NCBI GenBank assembly: GCA_963708185.1
Contig: OY970195.1
Span: 640,001-704,000 of the forward strand
DNA from: Candidatus Peregrinibacteria bacterium
GTDB taxonomy: Bacteria > Patescibacteriota > Gracilibacteria > UBA1369
Length of the DNA stretch: 64,000 nt
Direction of reading: 5' to 3'
The translations under genes were made by a program, and so were the position numbers. The notes under the pieces are model-generated. The model did not search any database, was not told where the DNA came from, and was given only the letters and a program-made list of their open reading frames with translations. Of the stretch, positions 63,621-64,000 are shown piece after piece. Every line of letters begins with the position of its first letter. Position 1 is the first letter of the stretch.

Positions 63621-64000
63621 TCAATCTTTCACCGCTTCCTCGGCTTCCTCAATGGAAAGCTTTCTTTCGTAAAAGGCTTTACCGATAATGGCACCCGATG
63701 CGCCTATTTTCTTGAGCAGTTTGAGCTGTTTGGCTTCTGAAATCCCTCCTGAAACGTAGATTTTGAGATCTTTTCCGGTGATCAAAAACAGACGATCGAC
63801 TTCGTCGTAGTTGGGCTGGATCATCGTTCCCTCGCTGTATTCGTCTTTGTAGACGATCTCTTTCACTCCCATCGGAACGATTTTTTCGGCAAAATCCACG
63901 ACGTCGACAAGGTCTCCGTCGGGTAAAATGCCGTCTCCCACCACGCCGCTGCCTTTGGCCTGAATTTCCACGATGACTTTTCCCGGACCGAACATCCGGA
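63621..64000 (-). CDS. HisA/HisF-like TIM-barrel protein (5' partial)
   Basis: EGTMIQPN, VSGGIS...L, GAIIGKAFYE. Confidence 0.8.
   Translation of the reverse strand, partial: RMFGPGKVIVEIQAKGSGVVGDGILPDGDLVDVVDFAEKIVPMGVKEIVYKDEYSEGTMIQPNYDEVDRLFLITGKDLKIYVSGGISEAKQLKLLKKIGASGAIIGKAFYERKLSIEEAEEAVKD

Overview
A 64-kb bacterial chromosomal window that looks like Patescibacteria/CPR, most likely Peregrinibacteria-like. This is inferred from the FtsA-like plus baseplate-J pair, the sortase, PKD/FlgD surface proteins, largely SD-less start regions and TGA used as stop (code 11). Housekeeping content: rpsT, a complete Rrf2-sufCBDSUT operon, folA/thyA, trxB, pepA, rnc-nusB-rpmF-yceD, alr, comF, polX, nfo, dnaX, ligA, mnmA, a long RelA/SpoT, and three tRNAs (Ile2-CAT, Leu-CAG, Val-GAC). 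No IS, integrase, CRISPR array or prophage is visible. Main oddities: (1) a self-contained unit of promoter, ~139-nt G-U-rich rod hairpin, perfect-SD 63-aa basic ORF and 3' stem-loop; (2) an outer-membrane beta-barrel-like gene behind a second promoter-proximal hairpin in a presumed monoderm; (3) a RelA/SpoT lacking the zinc finger and carrying a C-terminal multi-TM domain; (4) two tandem convergent adhesin/Cys-repeat-lipoprotein modules; (5) a signal-less M15 peptidase-lysozyme fusion; (6) several enzyme homologs with lost catalytic or ligand residues; (7) two probable 1-bp frameshifts. All calls come from reading motifs by eye; no searches or folding programs were run.
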